Counted from the first letter of the stretch, positions 26,605 through 35,912 are shown. The stretch is DNA of 64,000 nucleotides from Patescibacteria group bacterium (GCA_023474215.1 JAMCYI010000011.1:16739-80738); one strand, 5' to 3'. A program made the numbers and translations. Notes: generated by a model from the sequence alone, not told the origin.

Positions 26605-27258
26605 ATGAAAATAAAACTTATACTTTTCGACATAGACAATACCCTCATATACGGCGAATCCGCTTCCCGGTATTATCGGCAATATTCCCCGCTCCTTGAG
26701 AAAACTCTCGCTTCTTGTCTCGGCATTTCCGTTCCTGAAGCAAAACGAATAGCCGACGAGCACCGGCGGATGTTTCATGGGCGTGGAGAAAAATCATTTG
26801 AGACCTACGGCGTCGGCTTGTCGGAATGGTACGAGTCAATATGCAGCTTAGACCCCCGTCCATTCATAGGCGAAATGCCGCGGGTTCGATCACTCCTCCG
26901 CTCTTTGAGAGAAGCGGGATACGAATTGGGAGCAATAACTGACGGTCCAATCAGCCAAGCGGACAGGATTTTGTCGTGCGCCGGCATTGACAAGAACACC
27001 TTCTCTCTCTTTACCGGCTGGATAAAAGGCAGAGCGATGCCAAAAGGAGGCGAGGAACAAATCTTCAGGAAAATCATAACTAAAAAGAAATTGAAGCCGG
27101 AGGAGATCCTCATGATCGGAGATTCCGTCAATACGGACATTCTTCCGGCACAAAAGTGCGGGATGAATATTCTCCACGTGAAAGGAAATGGCGCGAGCGA
27201 ATTTCCGAGCATATCATCAATCGAGGAATTGTTACAATATTTAAAGACATATGAATAA
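26605..27258 (+). CDS. HAD-superfamily hydrolase
   Basis: Motif I FDIDNTL. C-terminal GDSVNTDI (motif IV). Confidence 0.7.
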   Translation: MKIKLILFDIDNTLIYGESASRYYRQYSPLLEKTLASCLGISVPEAKRIADEHRRMFHGRGEKSFETYGVGLSEWYESICSLDPRPFIGEMPRVRSLLRSLREAGYELGAITDGPISQADRILSCAGIDKNTFSLFTGWIKGRAMPKGGEEQIFRKIITKKKLKPEEILMIGDSVNTDILPAQKCGMNILHVKGNGASEFPSISSIEELLQYLKTYE

Positions 27259-28174
27259 AAGGAAGATCAAAATACCAATCATCATCGACACCGACCCGGG
27301 GCACGACGACGCCCTCGCCATCATGCTCCTTGAAAAATCCGGTGTGGCGGATATTAAAGCCGTTACCACAGTTGCCGGAAACAGTACGATTCAGAATGTG
27401 ACCAATAATGCCCGGTACATACTCGATCTCTTGGGCGTTTCTACTCCTCTCTTTTCGGGATCTTCAAAACCGATTAAACGAAAACTAGTACAGGCCGTCG
27501 TACATGGTAAGAGCGGCCTCGATGGCGCAAAGATCAAAAAACGCGAAAAACTGACGGGTGATGCTGTGGAGAAAATCATATCGATAGTCCGAGAAAATCC
27601 CAGGGAGATTTCGATTGTTGCCATCGGCCCGGAAACCAATCTGGCAAAAGCTTTCATTCGTGATCCGAAACTTCCTTCACTCATCAAACAACTCGTGATC
27701 ATGGGCGGGGCAATTAGTGCTCCGGGAAACAAGAACAGAGTTGCTGAATTCAACGTCTTTGTTGACCCGGAAGCCGCAGACATTGTGTTCAAGACAGCAG
27801 TAAAGAAAGTATTGATACCCCTCGACGTTTGCAACGACATTGTCCTCCGAAAAACCGATTTTGAGAAGTTGAAAAAAACTCTTCTCACTGAATCCGTTTT
27901 AAGAATGATGGATAAGTACATCTACGGTTTGTCGGTCAATGAGAAAGCGAACGGTGCGTTGATGTATGATCCTCTCGCTGCTTACTACCTCATAAATCCT
28001 TCGGCATATAAACTCCAACCTATGGATATTCGGATAGAAACGGCAGGTGAGATCACAAGAGGAATGACGGTTGTGGAACGACGAACATGGGCTCAAAAGA
28101 ACCCCAATGTATTGGTAGCAACCAAAATAGATGGGGGTGTGTTCAAGAAGGATTTCTTAAGGACCCTTCAATGA
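27251..28174 (+). CDS. ribonucleoside hydrolase (inosine-uridine preferring family)
   Basis: N-terminal IIIDTDPGHDDALAIMLL aspartate cluster. Overlaps the HAD gene stop by 8 nt. Confidence 0.8.
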   Translation: MNKRKIKIPIIIDTDPGHDDALAIMLLEKSGVADIKAVTTVAGNSTIQNVTNNARYILDLLGVSTPLFSGSSKPIKRKLVQAVVHGKSGLDGAKIKKREKLTGDAVEKIISIVRENPREISIVAIGPETNLAKAFIRDPKLPSLIKQLVIMGGAISAPGNKNRVAEFNVFVDPEAADIVFKTAVKKVLIPLDVCNDIVLRKTDFEKLKKTLLTESVLRMMDKYIYGLSVNEKANGALMYDPLAAYYLINPSAYKLQPMDIRIETAGEITRGMTVVERRTWAQKNPNVLVATKIDGGVFKKDFLRTLQ

Positions 28175-28191
28175 TCCTCCGAACGGATGCG
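28164..28191 (+). repeat. 28-bp exact direct repeat, copy 1 (copy 2 at 31205..31232)
   Basis: cccttcaatgatcctccgaacggatgcg is identical at both sites. It overlaps the stop codon of the nucleoside hydrolase here, and the last codons of dus at the other site. Confidence 0.85.
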
Positions 28192-28246
28192 CTTTGCGCC
28201 CGCTTTCTCCGTTCTCGCTGCAGCGAGGTGGGATATCCAGGAAAAG

Positions 28247-28285
28247 CACCATAAAAATAACGCGGGGGTTGATCCCGCGTTATTT
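28247..28285. terminator. bidirectional Rho-independent terminator
   Basis: aaaaataacgcggg-ggttgat-cccgcgttattttt, with A-run and T-run on either side. Confidence 0.65.
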
Positions 28286-28311
28286 TTCAGAATCGATTCT
28301 TTCTACCCTTT

Positions 28312-28623
28312 CTACTCGGCGCCGTTAAACTCGTGATTGACGTTTATGCCGTTTGGATCTTGGTGACCAATGCCGGGCACGTCTTTCTCTTTCACTTCAC
28401 CGTTTACCGACCCTTTCTCTCCTTCAATATTCGCCGATTCTTGGGTGGGTTGCCCCTCGCTAACCCCGAGGTTCGCTTGACTGCTCGTCTTTTCTATAAC
28501 CGGCGATTGATTCGCGTTTACCGACGAAGTTTGGGCGAATGACTGAGCCGCTATTGAACCGAGCGATCCCAAACCGGCAAGGGCGACGGCGAGGAGGAGG
28601 GCTGTTTTTTTATTGAATTTCAT
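28312..28623 (-). CDS. small exported hypothetical protein
   Basis: Trimmed to MKFNKKTALLLAVALAGLGSLGSIAAQSFA signal peptide inside ORF 28312..28725. Confidence 0.35.
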   Translation of the reverse strand: MKFNKKTALLLAVALAGLGSLGSIAAQSFAQTSSVNANQSPVIEKTSSQANLGVSEGQPTQESANIEGEKGSVNGEVKEKDVPGIGHQDPNGINVNHEFNGAE

Positions 28624-28714
28624 ACCATAAAACTGATAGTTCTGACATCTCACGCCGACCTTTATATCATGAGATGGTATCAGTTTAACCGACCATTGAT
28701 GAAATCTTTGTGAA

Positions 28715-29737
28715 TCACGTCTCATCCATCAAAGGAAGGGTGATGGTCACAATCGTTCCCTTACCTACTTCGCTTTCTAAAGCAATCGCACCTCCGCATT
28801 TCTCAATAATCTCTCGAGTTATGGAGAGACCCAGGCCGGCTCCCTCCCTCTCGGAATGCGACTCATCAACTCTAAAAAATGGATCAAAGACGCGGGAAAG
28901 CTGCTCGGGTGGTATGCCAATACCGGAATCTTTTACTATCACTTTTCCAACTGCATGCTCCTTCAGGAGAGTAACGGCGACACTTCCGCCGTTTGGCGTA
29001 TATTGAATAGCATTGTGGATGATGTTCGACAACGCCCGCTCAAAGGAAATGGCATCGCCCATGACGAAAATTTCATTGTCCGCGTTTTCATTGACCGCAA
29101 GGGCAATGTGTTTCGCTCGAGCAAGTGGTAATAACTTTTTTACAACCCCCAAAGAACTCTCCGTCACCGAAAAACGTGCCGCGTTCACCTTTGCACCCCC
29201 ACCCTTTATCATTTCCAAGAGATTGTTTGCCAACGCGGTCAATCCATTGATTTCCTCGATGGCACTCTGCACAGTCTTTTTAACCGGCGAGGAAATTTCC
29301 GGCTGACCGCGGAGGGTCACCTCCATCTCCGTTTTCATAACCGCGAGGGGGGTACGGAGTTCATGGGCCGCATCGGCAATAAATCGCCGTTCTCGGTTTG
29401 TTGCTTTCTTGATCGGACGGAGTGTGATACTCGTAACAAAAAAGCCAAAAATGAGCACCAACGCTAGGACAACAATATCGGCAAAGATGATTCTCGCCTC
29501 GAGGGCTCCCGCCGCGTGATTCAGCGCCGCCTGCTGGATAGCATCGGTCGGGAAATCACCGTTCAGCGAGTCATTGAGTTCCTTGAAAAGAGTTCCATAG
29601 AGGAGGTAGCTGAAGATGCCAAGCATCACTGCCGCCGTTCCCACATAAACCGCGGTTAATTTAACGCGGGCAGTGAAAAATTCATCACGCCGCCATTTTG
29701 TAACCAACGCCGCGAATGGTTTGAATAATTTTCCCAT
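28715..29737 (-). CDS. sensor histidine kinase
   Basis: H-box FIADAAHELRTPL, HATPase N/G boxes (IIHNAIQYTPNGG, VKDSGIGI, GAGLGLSI), N-terminal TM helices. The start may be an internal Met (overlap with RR). Confidence 0.8.
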   Translation of the reverse strand: MGKLFKPFAALVTKWRRDEFFTARVKLTAVYVGTAAVMLGIFSYLLYGTLFKELNDSLNGDFPTDAIQQAALNHAAGALEARIIFADIVVLALVLIFGFFVTSITLRPIKKATNRERRFIADAAHELRTPLAVMKTEMEVTLRGQPEISSPVKKTVQSAIEEINGLTALANNLLEMIKGGGAKVNAARFSVTESSLGVVKKLLPLARAKHIALAVNENADNEIFVMGDAISFERALSNIIHNAIQYTPNGGSVAVTLLKEHAVGKVIVKDSGIGIPPEQLSRVFDPFFRVDESHSEREGAGLGLSITREIIEKCGGAIALESEVGKGTIVTITLPLMDET

Positions 29738-30353
29738 TGTCTTTCAATTTTTTGCGGATATTTTTTACGTGGACATCTACCGTATTGCTGAGCGATGAAT
29801 CGGCAAAATCCCAGGCATGATCGTACAGATCATCCCGCGTGATAACTTGGTTCTTGTTTCTCATGAGATACTCAAGTACCATAAATTCCTTCAGCGTGAG
29901 CGCAATTTCTCTCCCTGAAGAGTGCACGCGACGGGTCTGGGGATCAAGGGTGATGTTGCCGGCAGTAAGAAGCATATGCGGTTTACCTTGTGGTCTCCGG
30001 AGAAGCGCACGGACTCTCGCTACAAGCTCATCAAACGAGAAGGGTTTGGCTAGATAATCATCGGCACCTGCATTCAATCCGGAAACCTTGTCGCCAGTAG
30101 CATCGCGCGCAGTAAGCATTAGGATGGGCGTTGTAATGCCTTCGCCGCGCCACGCGCGACAAACCGCGACTCCATCCTTGCCGGGGAGCATCAAATCAAG
30201 CACGATCGTATCATAACTGTCGCGGTTCACCAACACCCTCCTTTCAGCGATCAGTCCGTCAAAAAGACAATCGACCGCGAAGCCTTCCTGCTCGAGGCCA
30301 ATCCGAAGACTCCTCGCGAGTTTTTCATTATCTTCAACAATCAATATTTTCAT
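29685..30353 (-). CDS. response regulator, OmpR/PhoB family
   Basis: Receiver MKILIVEDNEKL...DLMLPGKDG, winged-helix C-terminus (RVDVHVKNIRKKL...IQTIRGVGY). Confidence 0.85.
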   Translation of the reverse strand: MKILIVEDNEKLARSLRIGLEQEGFAVDCLFDGLIAERRVLVNRDSYDTIVLDLMLPGKDGVAVCRAWRGEGITTPILMLTARDATGDKVSGLNAGADDYLAKPFSFDELVARVRALLRRPQGKPHMLLTAGNITLDPQTRRVHSSGREIALTLKEFMVLEYLMRNKNQVITRDDLYDHAWDFADSSLSNTVDVHVKNIRKKLKDNGKIIQTIRGVGYKMAA

Positions 30354-30401
30354 CTCTTTGTACCCTTCTCCATTATAGGTGAAAGTTTTATGAAGCAGTA
30401 T

Positions 30402-31154
30402 CTACAGCTTCCGGGCAAGGAAGTAAACGCTCGGCCCAAAAAAGAACTTAGCGAGCGGCCTTTGAAAATGGTTTTCCATAAGCAATAAAAGTGAAAGAGG
30501 TATTGCCTTCTTCATAAGCGGCGAACGGAAATTCGAAACGCTCAGCGTTGTTTCAATTATGAAGTCATTCCATTCGAGGAGAGAGGCAATGGTACGAGGA
30601 TGGTGATTGACGAAAGGAATATCATCATATGATGAATGGTCGACTGATTCGCGGGACAAGAGATTCCAAAAAAGAGAGGGGGCGTACAAGAGCGCCATAA
30701 GGGCGCGAAGGCGGTTTTTAAAGTGTACCTTGTTGGGAATTTCTAAGATAAGGTATCCGCCCGGCTTCACGACGCGTGAAATTTCAGCTATTGTCTTCCG
30801 CGGATTGTCTATATAGTGAAACATTCTGACGCAGAGGGCGGCATCGCATGAGCCGTTTGGAAGAGGCATATCCCACGAGGAGGCAATAAGGAAACGCACG
30901 TTCTTTCCCTCGGTTACTCTTTCTCTCGCGGCAATCAGTTGTTCTTTTGAAGAATCAAGCAGGATAAATTTTTTCCAATCGTTCTCATAAAGAGAAACCA
31001 TGCGTCCATTGCCAGCCCCGATATCGAGGAGAAGGCCTTTCTGGGACGGCATTGCGGAAAAAAGCTTTTTCACTGCCATGAAATCGGCCTCTTTTTCGTA
31101 GTCGCGGCCGCGCCAAAACTCATCATAGCGATAGTCATCGTACGCAGATGGCAT
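30402..31154 (-). CDS. class I SAM-dependent methyltransferase
   Basis: LLDIGAGNGRM motif I, LLDSS motif II, VKPGGYLILE. Confidence 0.65.
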   Translation of the reverse strand: MPSAYDDYRYDEFWRGRDYEKEADFMAVKKLFSAMPSQKGLLLDIGAGNGRMVSLYENDWKKFILLDSSKEQLIAARERVTEGKNVRFLIASSWDMPLPNGSCDAALCVRMFHYIDNPRKTIAEISRVVKPGGYLILEIPNKVHFKNRLRALMALLYAPSLFWNLLSRESVDHSSYDDIPFVNHHPRTIASLLEWNDFIIETTLSVSNFRSPLMKKAIPLSLLLLMENHFQRPLAKFFFGPSVYFLARKL

Positions 31155-31198
31155 CCTAAAAACATACCAAGAATTTATGAAGATAGCATGAAAGCGTT

Positions 31199-32215
31199 TT
31201 ACCGCCCTTCAATGATCCTCCGAACGGATGCGGCATCTTCCGCTTCCATGAGCTTTATGCGCAATTCTTTCGCGTCGTCGAAACCGGAAACATATGCCTT
31301 GAAATGCTTTTTCATGACCTCGAAATTCTTGATGCGAGCTTCCGTGTTGCTCTTGTAGAGTTTCTCGAAAAGTTCCGTGTGCGTTACTAATCTTTCCAGC
31401 TTCTCGCGGAGATCGGGCACGCGGCCCGAGAAAAACCATGGATTTCCGAAAACGCCGCGCCCCACCATGACGCCATCGAGGCCGGTTTCTTTCGCGCGCC
31501 GCTTCGCTTCGTCGAGCGATGAAATATCGCCGTTCCCCAAGAGGAGCGTCCGAGGCGCGATCTGATTTCTCATTTCCACTATCTTTGGCGCCAAGTCCCA
31601 GTGCGCCGGAACTTTCGACATTTCATTCCGCGTCCGGAAGTGGATAGTAAGCGCGGCAATATGTTCTTTAAGAAGCGCCGGCATCCAGGTTTCGATCTCG
31701 TTTTTCCGGTATCCGATGCGCGTTTTAACCGAGACCGGAAGTTTCCCCGCGCCGCGCTTTGCGGCCCGGATAATTTCCTTTGCGAGTGCGGGGTTCTTCA
31801 TGAGCGCGGCTCCCCCGCCGGATTTTTCAACACTCTTGTCGGGACACCCCATGTTGATGTCGATGCCGTCGAATCCGAGTTTTTGTATCAATGCTCCTAT
31901 TCGCTCAAATTGTTCCGGCTTGCCGCCGAAGAGCTGCGCGACAATCGGGTACTCTCGCTTGTCGTACCAAAGGTCAGGCAAGAGTTTTTGGCGCCCTTTC
32001 GAGAGGAGCCCTTCAACCGAAACGAATTCCGTCCAGAAAACGTCGGGCTTTTTGATTTCCACGAACATCCGCCGGAACGCGGCGTCCGTCACGTTCGCCA
32101 TGGGCGCCATCGCCATGATCGGTTTTTTGAGCTTTGCCCAAAACCCGAGGTTCGGTTCAGTGTCTCGCTTCATATATATGAAGACAGCGTACCATTTCTG
32201 ATACGCTGAGTTCAA
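31199..32215 (-). CDS. dus: tRNA-dihydrouridine synthase
   Basis: MAPMANVTDAAFR, GFDGIDINMGCPDK catalytic Cys motif, TIM-barrel FMN pattern. The start may be the internal Met MKRDTEP. Confidence 0.8.
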   Translation of the reverse strand: MNSAYQKWYAVFIYMKRDTEPNLGFWAKLKKPIMAMAPMANVTDAAFRRMFVEIKKPDVFWTEFVSVEGLLSKGRQKLLPDLWYDKREYPIVAQLFGGKPEQFERIGALIQKLGFDGIDINMGCPDKSVEKSGGGAALMKNPALAKEIIRAAKRGAGKLPVSVKTRIGYRKNEIETWMPALLKEHIAALTIHFRTRNEMSKVPAHWDLAPKIVEMRNQIAPRTLLLGNGDISSLDEAKRRAKETGLDGVMVGRGVFGNPWFFSGRVPDLREKLERLVTHTELFEKLYKSNTEARIKNFEVMKKHFKAYVSGFDDAKELRIKLMEAEDAASVRRIIEGR

Positions 32216-32319
32216 TGAGATACTACCTCACCTAGTGCTCCCTCTCGGCGTCGCGGAGAAGGATCAAGTATCCTTTCTTCCCAATCTTACCAATCTTACG
32301 AAGTCCAACTTCGTAAGAT

Positions 32320-32853
32320 TTACGATACTGCACCGACACCGGCGCGTTGTAAGAGCTTCTCCATGAACTCATCTTTGTGCTTTCGATAGGAGGTGTAGTC
32401 ATTGGGGTATTGGGCATAGAGGTCATTTTTAAAATCGGAGTATGCCCTCACTTCTTCCGGATGCGAACGCAGGTAGTCGCGCAAGGCGAGGATCTCCTGC
32501 ACCTCCGGATTGCCTTTTTCGAAAACATGAACGTTCGACAGGAGAACGTGGTCCTTCATCCGACGGAAGAGATGAGAATCGGACACCACGTACTCCGGCA
32601 GATGTTCATAGCCAAGACGCTTCATTTCCGCCGTATGCCGGTCGGCGGATGTAAGGTCGTCGACCACAATCAAAATATCAATCGTCGGCTTCCCGCTCAT
32701 GCCCGGCACCGAGGTGCTTCCGACGTGCTCAATGGCGAGAACATCACTCCCGAAGATTTTCTTTAATTCTTCCGCCTCTGCCGCAAATCGCTTCGGCCAC
32801 TCCGGGTTGTACGGCCCCACACTGTACCTGCGATTTTGATATTCTGCGTTCAT
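32320..32853 (-). CDS. GrpB-family protein (nucleotidyltransferase fold)
   Basis: HVGSTSVPGMSGKPTIDILIVV pattern typical of the GrpB/UPF0157 family. Confidence 0.55.
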   Translation of the reverse strand: MNAEYQNRRYSVGPYNPEWPKRFAAEAEELKKIFGSDVLAIEHVGSTSVPGMSGKPTIDILIVVDDLTSADRHTAEMKRLGYEHLPEYVVSDSHLFRRMKDHVLLSNVHVFEKGNPEVQEILALRDYLRSHPEEVRAYSDFKNDLYAQYPNDYTSYRKHKDEFMEKLLQRAGVGAVS

Positions 32854-33299
32854 TTACCTAAATACATTCGCACTCCTTCCAGGATGCCGGATGTGAAATA
32901 CTCTGACGGATCGATCACCGCTAAGTCCAACCATTGATAGCCGGCGTGCTCGCTGCTGATCTTCAATTCCCCGCTTAAGTATTTTGCCTCAAAGAAAAGA
33001 TACAACACGTGGACGTCTTTCCCCGAACCGGTCATCGAGGCTGGGATCAAATGCCTGCCCGCGGCAACCGGCTTTTGCCGGAGCTGGAACTCAACATTTC
33101 CGATCTCTTCGGCCACTTCCCTCGCGATGATCTCGGAGAAATCTTTCCCGAACTCGTCCATATCGATCCTGCCGCCCGGCAAATCGTAGAAACCGGCATA
33201 GCTGCCGTCATCGACGGCTTTCAGCGCTAAAATCTTGCCGTCGTTCCTCTTCAGAAAGAGTTTCAGCGAAATTTGGTAGAGATCTTTTTCTTTTCCCAT
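32850..33299 (-). CDS. NUDIX hydrolase
   Basis: Nudix box GGRIDMDEFGKDFSEIIAREVAEEIG. ORF 32850..33716 trimmed to MGKEKD at 33299 because the upstream extension runs through tRNA-Ser. Confidence 0.65.
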   Translation of the reverse strand: MGKEKDLYQISLKLFLKRNDGKILALKAVDDGSYAGFYDLPGGRIDMDEFGKDFSEIIAREVAEEIGNVEFQLRQKPVAAGRHLIPASMTGSGKDVHVLYLFFEAKYLSGELKISSEHAGYQWLDLAVIDPSEYFTSGILEGVRMYLGK

Positions 33300-33305
33300 A
33301 CGAGG

Positions 33306-33392
33306 CGGAAGGTGGAGGATTCGAACCTCCGAGAGGATTGCTCCTCTACCGCATTTCAAGTGCGGCGCGTTAGACCGCTCTGCCAACCTTCC
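33306..33392 (-). tRNA. tRNA-Ser (anticodon TGA), class II
   Basis: GGAAGGT acceptor, anticodon stem CCGCA/TGCGG with loop CTTGAAA, long variable arm, T-arm GGAGGTTCGAATCCTCC. Confidence 0.8.
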
Positions 33393-33436
33393 CAGTGCTG
33401 GTATCATAAACCAGCACGAAGTCCTATGGCAAGAAA

Positions 33437-33820
33437 TTAGTACGGCCGGTGGATTCTGCTGAAAGCGCCGAAGCCGAAGAAGCTTCCCGCAATGCCCGCA
33501 ACACTCAAGATGGCGAAGACGAGGAGTACGATCACTGCAACCACGACGAGGATCTTTCCAGCATAATCGAACACCTTGAAGAATCCGTCGTACTCGGCTT
33601 GATGGTTGAACTGCGGGCTCTTTGCCGCGAGATCGTGGCCTTTCACGCCGAGGTATACCATGAAAACGATAAAGAAAGCAATGTTCACGAGCGGAATGAA
33701 GGCGAGGATGTACCACCAGAGCATCTTGTATTTTTTAATGCCGACCAAAAAGGGCAATGCGAAGAGGAACGCTCCCCACGACCACCCCGACGACGCAACG
33801 ATATGTTTGTTTTCTTCCAT
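33437..33820 (-). CDS. hypothetical integral membrane protein
   Basis: Three or four predicted TM helices. No motif recognised. Confidence 0.4.
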   Translation of the reverse strand: MEENKHIVASSGWSWGAFLFALPFLVGIKKYKMLWWYILAFIPLVNIAFFIVFMVYLGVKGHDLAAKSPQFNHQAEYDGFFKVFDYAGKILVVVAVIVLLVFAILSVAGIAGSFFGFGAFSRIHRPY

Positions 33821-33858
33821 AGAGTTGATTATAGCAGATAAAGATGAATAATTGAGTT

Positions 33859-34476
33859 ATGCTGAAAATCTACCTCGCGCGGCATGGGCAGGATAAAGAC
33901 AATGCCGCGGGCATCTTGAACGGCCGAAGAGACGAATTATTGACCGAACTTGGCTGGGAGCAGGCCCGGACGCTTGCAGCGGAAATCAAAAGTGCCAATC
34001 TTTCATTTGATGCGGTTTATACCTCTCCGCTCAAGCGTGCGGAGACGACTGCCCGGACCGTGACCGACGCACTCGGCGTCGCGCCGCCCATTGTTATGCC
34101 AAATCTCATCGAGCGGAACTTTGGAATCATGACGGGGAAACTTGTAAAAGATATTGCGGCACTTTGCGCACCAAATATTATCCAAGCCGATATCATCACC
34201 TACTTCCTCTCGCCCAAGGGGGCGGAAACATTCCCCGATCTCATCGAGCGAGGAAAGAAAGTAATTGAGGAGGTGCAACACCGGCACAAGGATGGGAACA
34301 TTCTCCTTGTTGGTCACGGCGACATGGGAAAAATGATCTATGCCGCCTACTATCATTTGGATTGGCGGTCGGTTCTCACGATGTTCCATTTCGGCAATTC
34401 GGAACTGCTCCTCCTTTCGGAGGATTCACCATCCGATGCCGCGCACGTTTTTACATTTAAGCAATTCAATCACTAA
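33859..34476 (+). CDS. histidine phosphatase family protein (phosphoglycerate mutase-like)
   Basis: RHG motif LARHGQ, catalytic His in LLVGHGDM, SPLKRAETTA. Confidence 0.75.
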   Translation: MLKIYLARHGQDKDNAAGILNGRRDELLTELGWEQARTLAAEIKSANLSFDAVYTSPLKRAETTARTVTDALGVAPPIVMPNLIERNFGIMTGKLVKDIAALCAPNIIQADIITYFLSPKGAETFPDLIERGKKVIEEVQHRHKDGNILLVGHGDMGKMIYAAYYHLDWRSVLTMFHFGNSELLLLSEDSPSDAAHVFTFKQFNH

Positions 34477-34512
34477 ACAAACACCCATCATAAAGATGGA
34501 TGTTTGTATTTG

Positions 34513-34583
34513 TGGACCTACGGGGAATCGAACCCCGACCTCCTCCATGCCATGGAGGCGTAATACCATTTTACTATAAGCCC
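34513..34583 (-). tRNA. tRNA-Ala (anticodon GGC)
   Basis: GGGCTTA acceptor with G3:U70 Ala identity pair, anticodon loop ATGGCAT, T-arm CGGGGTTCGATTCCCCG. Confidence 0.75.
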
Positions 34584-34611
34584 TTCTTGCCTGCACGCCG
34601 AGCAGGGTCGA

Positions 34612-34683
34612 AATGTGCACCCTGTAGGGATCGAACCTACGGTCTTTACAATGTCAATGTAACGCTTTACCACTAAGCTAAGG
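34612..34683 (-). tRNA. tRNA-Val (anticodon GAC)
   Basis: GCACCCT acceptor, D-region AGCTTAGTGGTAAAGC, anticodon loop TTGACAT, T-arm GTAGGTTCGATCCCTAC. Confidence 0.8.
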
Positions 34684-34690
34684 GTGCAGC

Positions 34691-35005
34691 TTATTTCTTT
34701 TCCTTCAATTTCCTAACAGCTATATTAATGTCATCTTCGGGATAGCGCAAGGAGGCCTCGATGAAATCCTCGATGTTGTATTGGTCGTTTCCGATCGGGA
34801 GCGTCCCGCCGAGTTTCATAATGTAGGTGCTTTTGAAGCTTCCGTCTTTTCTCTTCGTCGTCACGGTGTACACGTCGGGGTTCTCGGTCATCTCGAAATC
34901 GAAACCTTCCGCCTTGAGGCGCGCGACGGTTTTTTTCACTTCTTCCGCAACTTCGTCGGAGATTTTCAATCCTTCCCGCTCCGGCATTTCCCGCTTGATG
35001 GCCAT
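34691..35005 (-). CDS. hypothetical protein
   Basis: 104-aa charged ORF with a clean stop. No motif recognised. Confidence 0.35.
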   Translation of the reverse strand: MAIKREMPEREGLKISDEVAEEVKKTVARLKAEGFDFEMTENPDVYTVTTKRKDGSFKSTYIMKLGGTLPIGNDQYNIEDFIEASLRYPEDDINIAVRKLKEKK

Positions 35006-35085
35006 GGGGCTATGGTATCACAAAGTCCATTGATATATCAAAATAGTACTTGGACGATACTATTTATTCTATACTTAAGGTATAT

Positions 35086-35718
35086 ATGAAATCCATAGAT
35101 GATGAAGTAATACAAAAAATAAAGAAGCTGCGCGCGACGGGCCACAGTATTTCAGAGATTAGTAAGGAATGTAGGATTTCTCCCGCAACAGCATCCCGCT
35201 ACATTAGAGGCGTCACTATAAAGAAACAACATCTAAAAAGATGGTTAGAGCGCCGTAATGCCAGTAAAATTATGTCCGAAAGAAACTGGGAGAAAGCCAG
35301 AGAAACCGCCGATGCCTTGGTGAATAAGCTCACAAGAAAAGAACTGTCACTTATTGGAGTTTCTCTCTACTGGGCAGAGGGCGCCAAACGGGATTTTACA
35401 TTCTCAAATACCGATCCCCGAATGGTTCGGGTTTTTATTACCATCTTGAAAGATATTTTTCAGATTTCAAACGATGACTTTAAAATATCGCTCCGCATAT
35501 ATGAGGATTTGAATAAAAAGGCTTGCCTCACCTATTGGTCGCAAATAACCGGTGTTAACCTAACAACGAGAAAAACGAGTGTAGATGTTCTCAAGGGATC
35601 CAAAAGGGGGAAACTAAAGTACGGGATGTGCCGGATTCGTGTTCGCAAAAGCGGCTTGCTTCTTAAGAAATTTTCTGCAATTATTGATAAAATAGTGGAA
35701 GAAACAAGGCCCTCGTAG
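35086..35718 (+). CDS. HTH-domain protein with I-DmoI-like (LAGLIDADG-family) endonuclease core
   Basis: N-terminal HTH (SISEISKECRISPATASRYIRG). IGVSLYWAEGAKRD closely resembles the second LAGLIDADG motif of I-DmoI (KGLYVAEGDKT). The 3' end overlaps the first 10 nt of tRNA-Arg (CCT). Confidence 0.45.
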   Translation: MKSIDDEVIQKIKKLRATGHSISEISKECRISPATASRYIRGVTIKKQHLKRWLERRNASKIMSERNWEKARETADALVNKLTRKELSLIGVSLYWAEGAKRDFTFSNTDPRMVRVFITILKDIFQISNDDFKISLRIYEDLNKKACLTYWSQITGVNLTTRKTSVDVLKGSKRGKLKYGMCRIRVRKSGLLLKKFSAIIDKIVEETRPS

Positions 35719-35780
35719 CTCAATGGATAGAGTTGCTCACTCCTAACGAGCCGATCGAGGTTCGATTCCTCGCGAGGGCA
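35709..35780 (+). tRNA. tRNA-Arg (anticodon CCT)
   Basis: GCCCTCG acceptor, anticodon loop CTCCTAA, T-arm CGAGGTTCGATTCCTCG, discriminator A. A31:C39 is non-Watson-Crick. Confidence 0.75.
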
Positions 35781-35819
35781 CACTTCAATCCCCTCGTCGG
35801 GGAAAGAAGGGAGATAAAC

Positions 35820-35912
35820 GGAGGAGTACCAAAGCGGTCATAATGGCACCGACTCGAAATCGGCTGGCGGGTCAAAAGCCCCACGTGGGTTCGAATCCCA
35901 CCTCCTCCGCCA
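35820..35912 (+). tRNA. tRNA-Ser (anticodon CGA), class II, CCA encoded
   Basis: GGAGGAG acceptor, anticodon loop CTCGAAA, long variable arm, T-arm GTGGGTTCGAATCCCAC, 3' CTCCTCC-G-CCA. Confidence 0.7.

Noticed and set aside
32850-33716. Full 288-aa ORF as one protein
   Set aside because: The N-terminal 139 codons run antisense through tRNA-Ser(TGA) and its terminator hairpin and are Arg/Cys-rich. Only the C-terminal 150 aa (NUDIX) are convincing.
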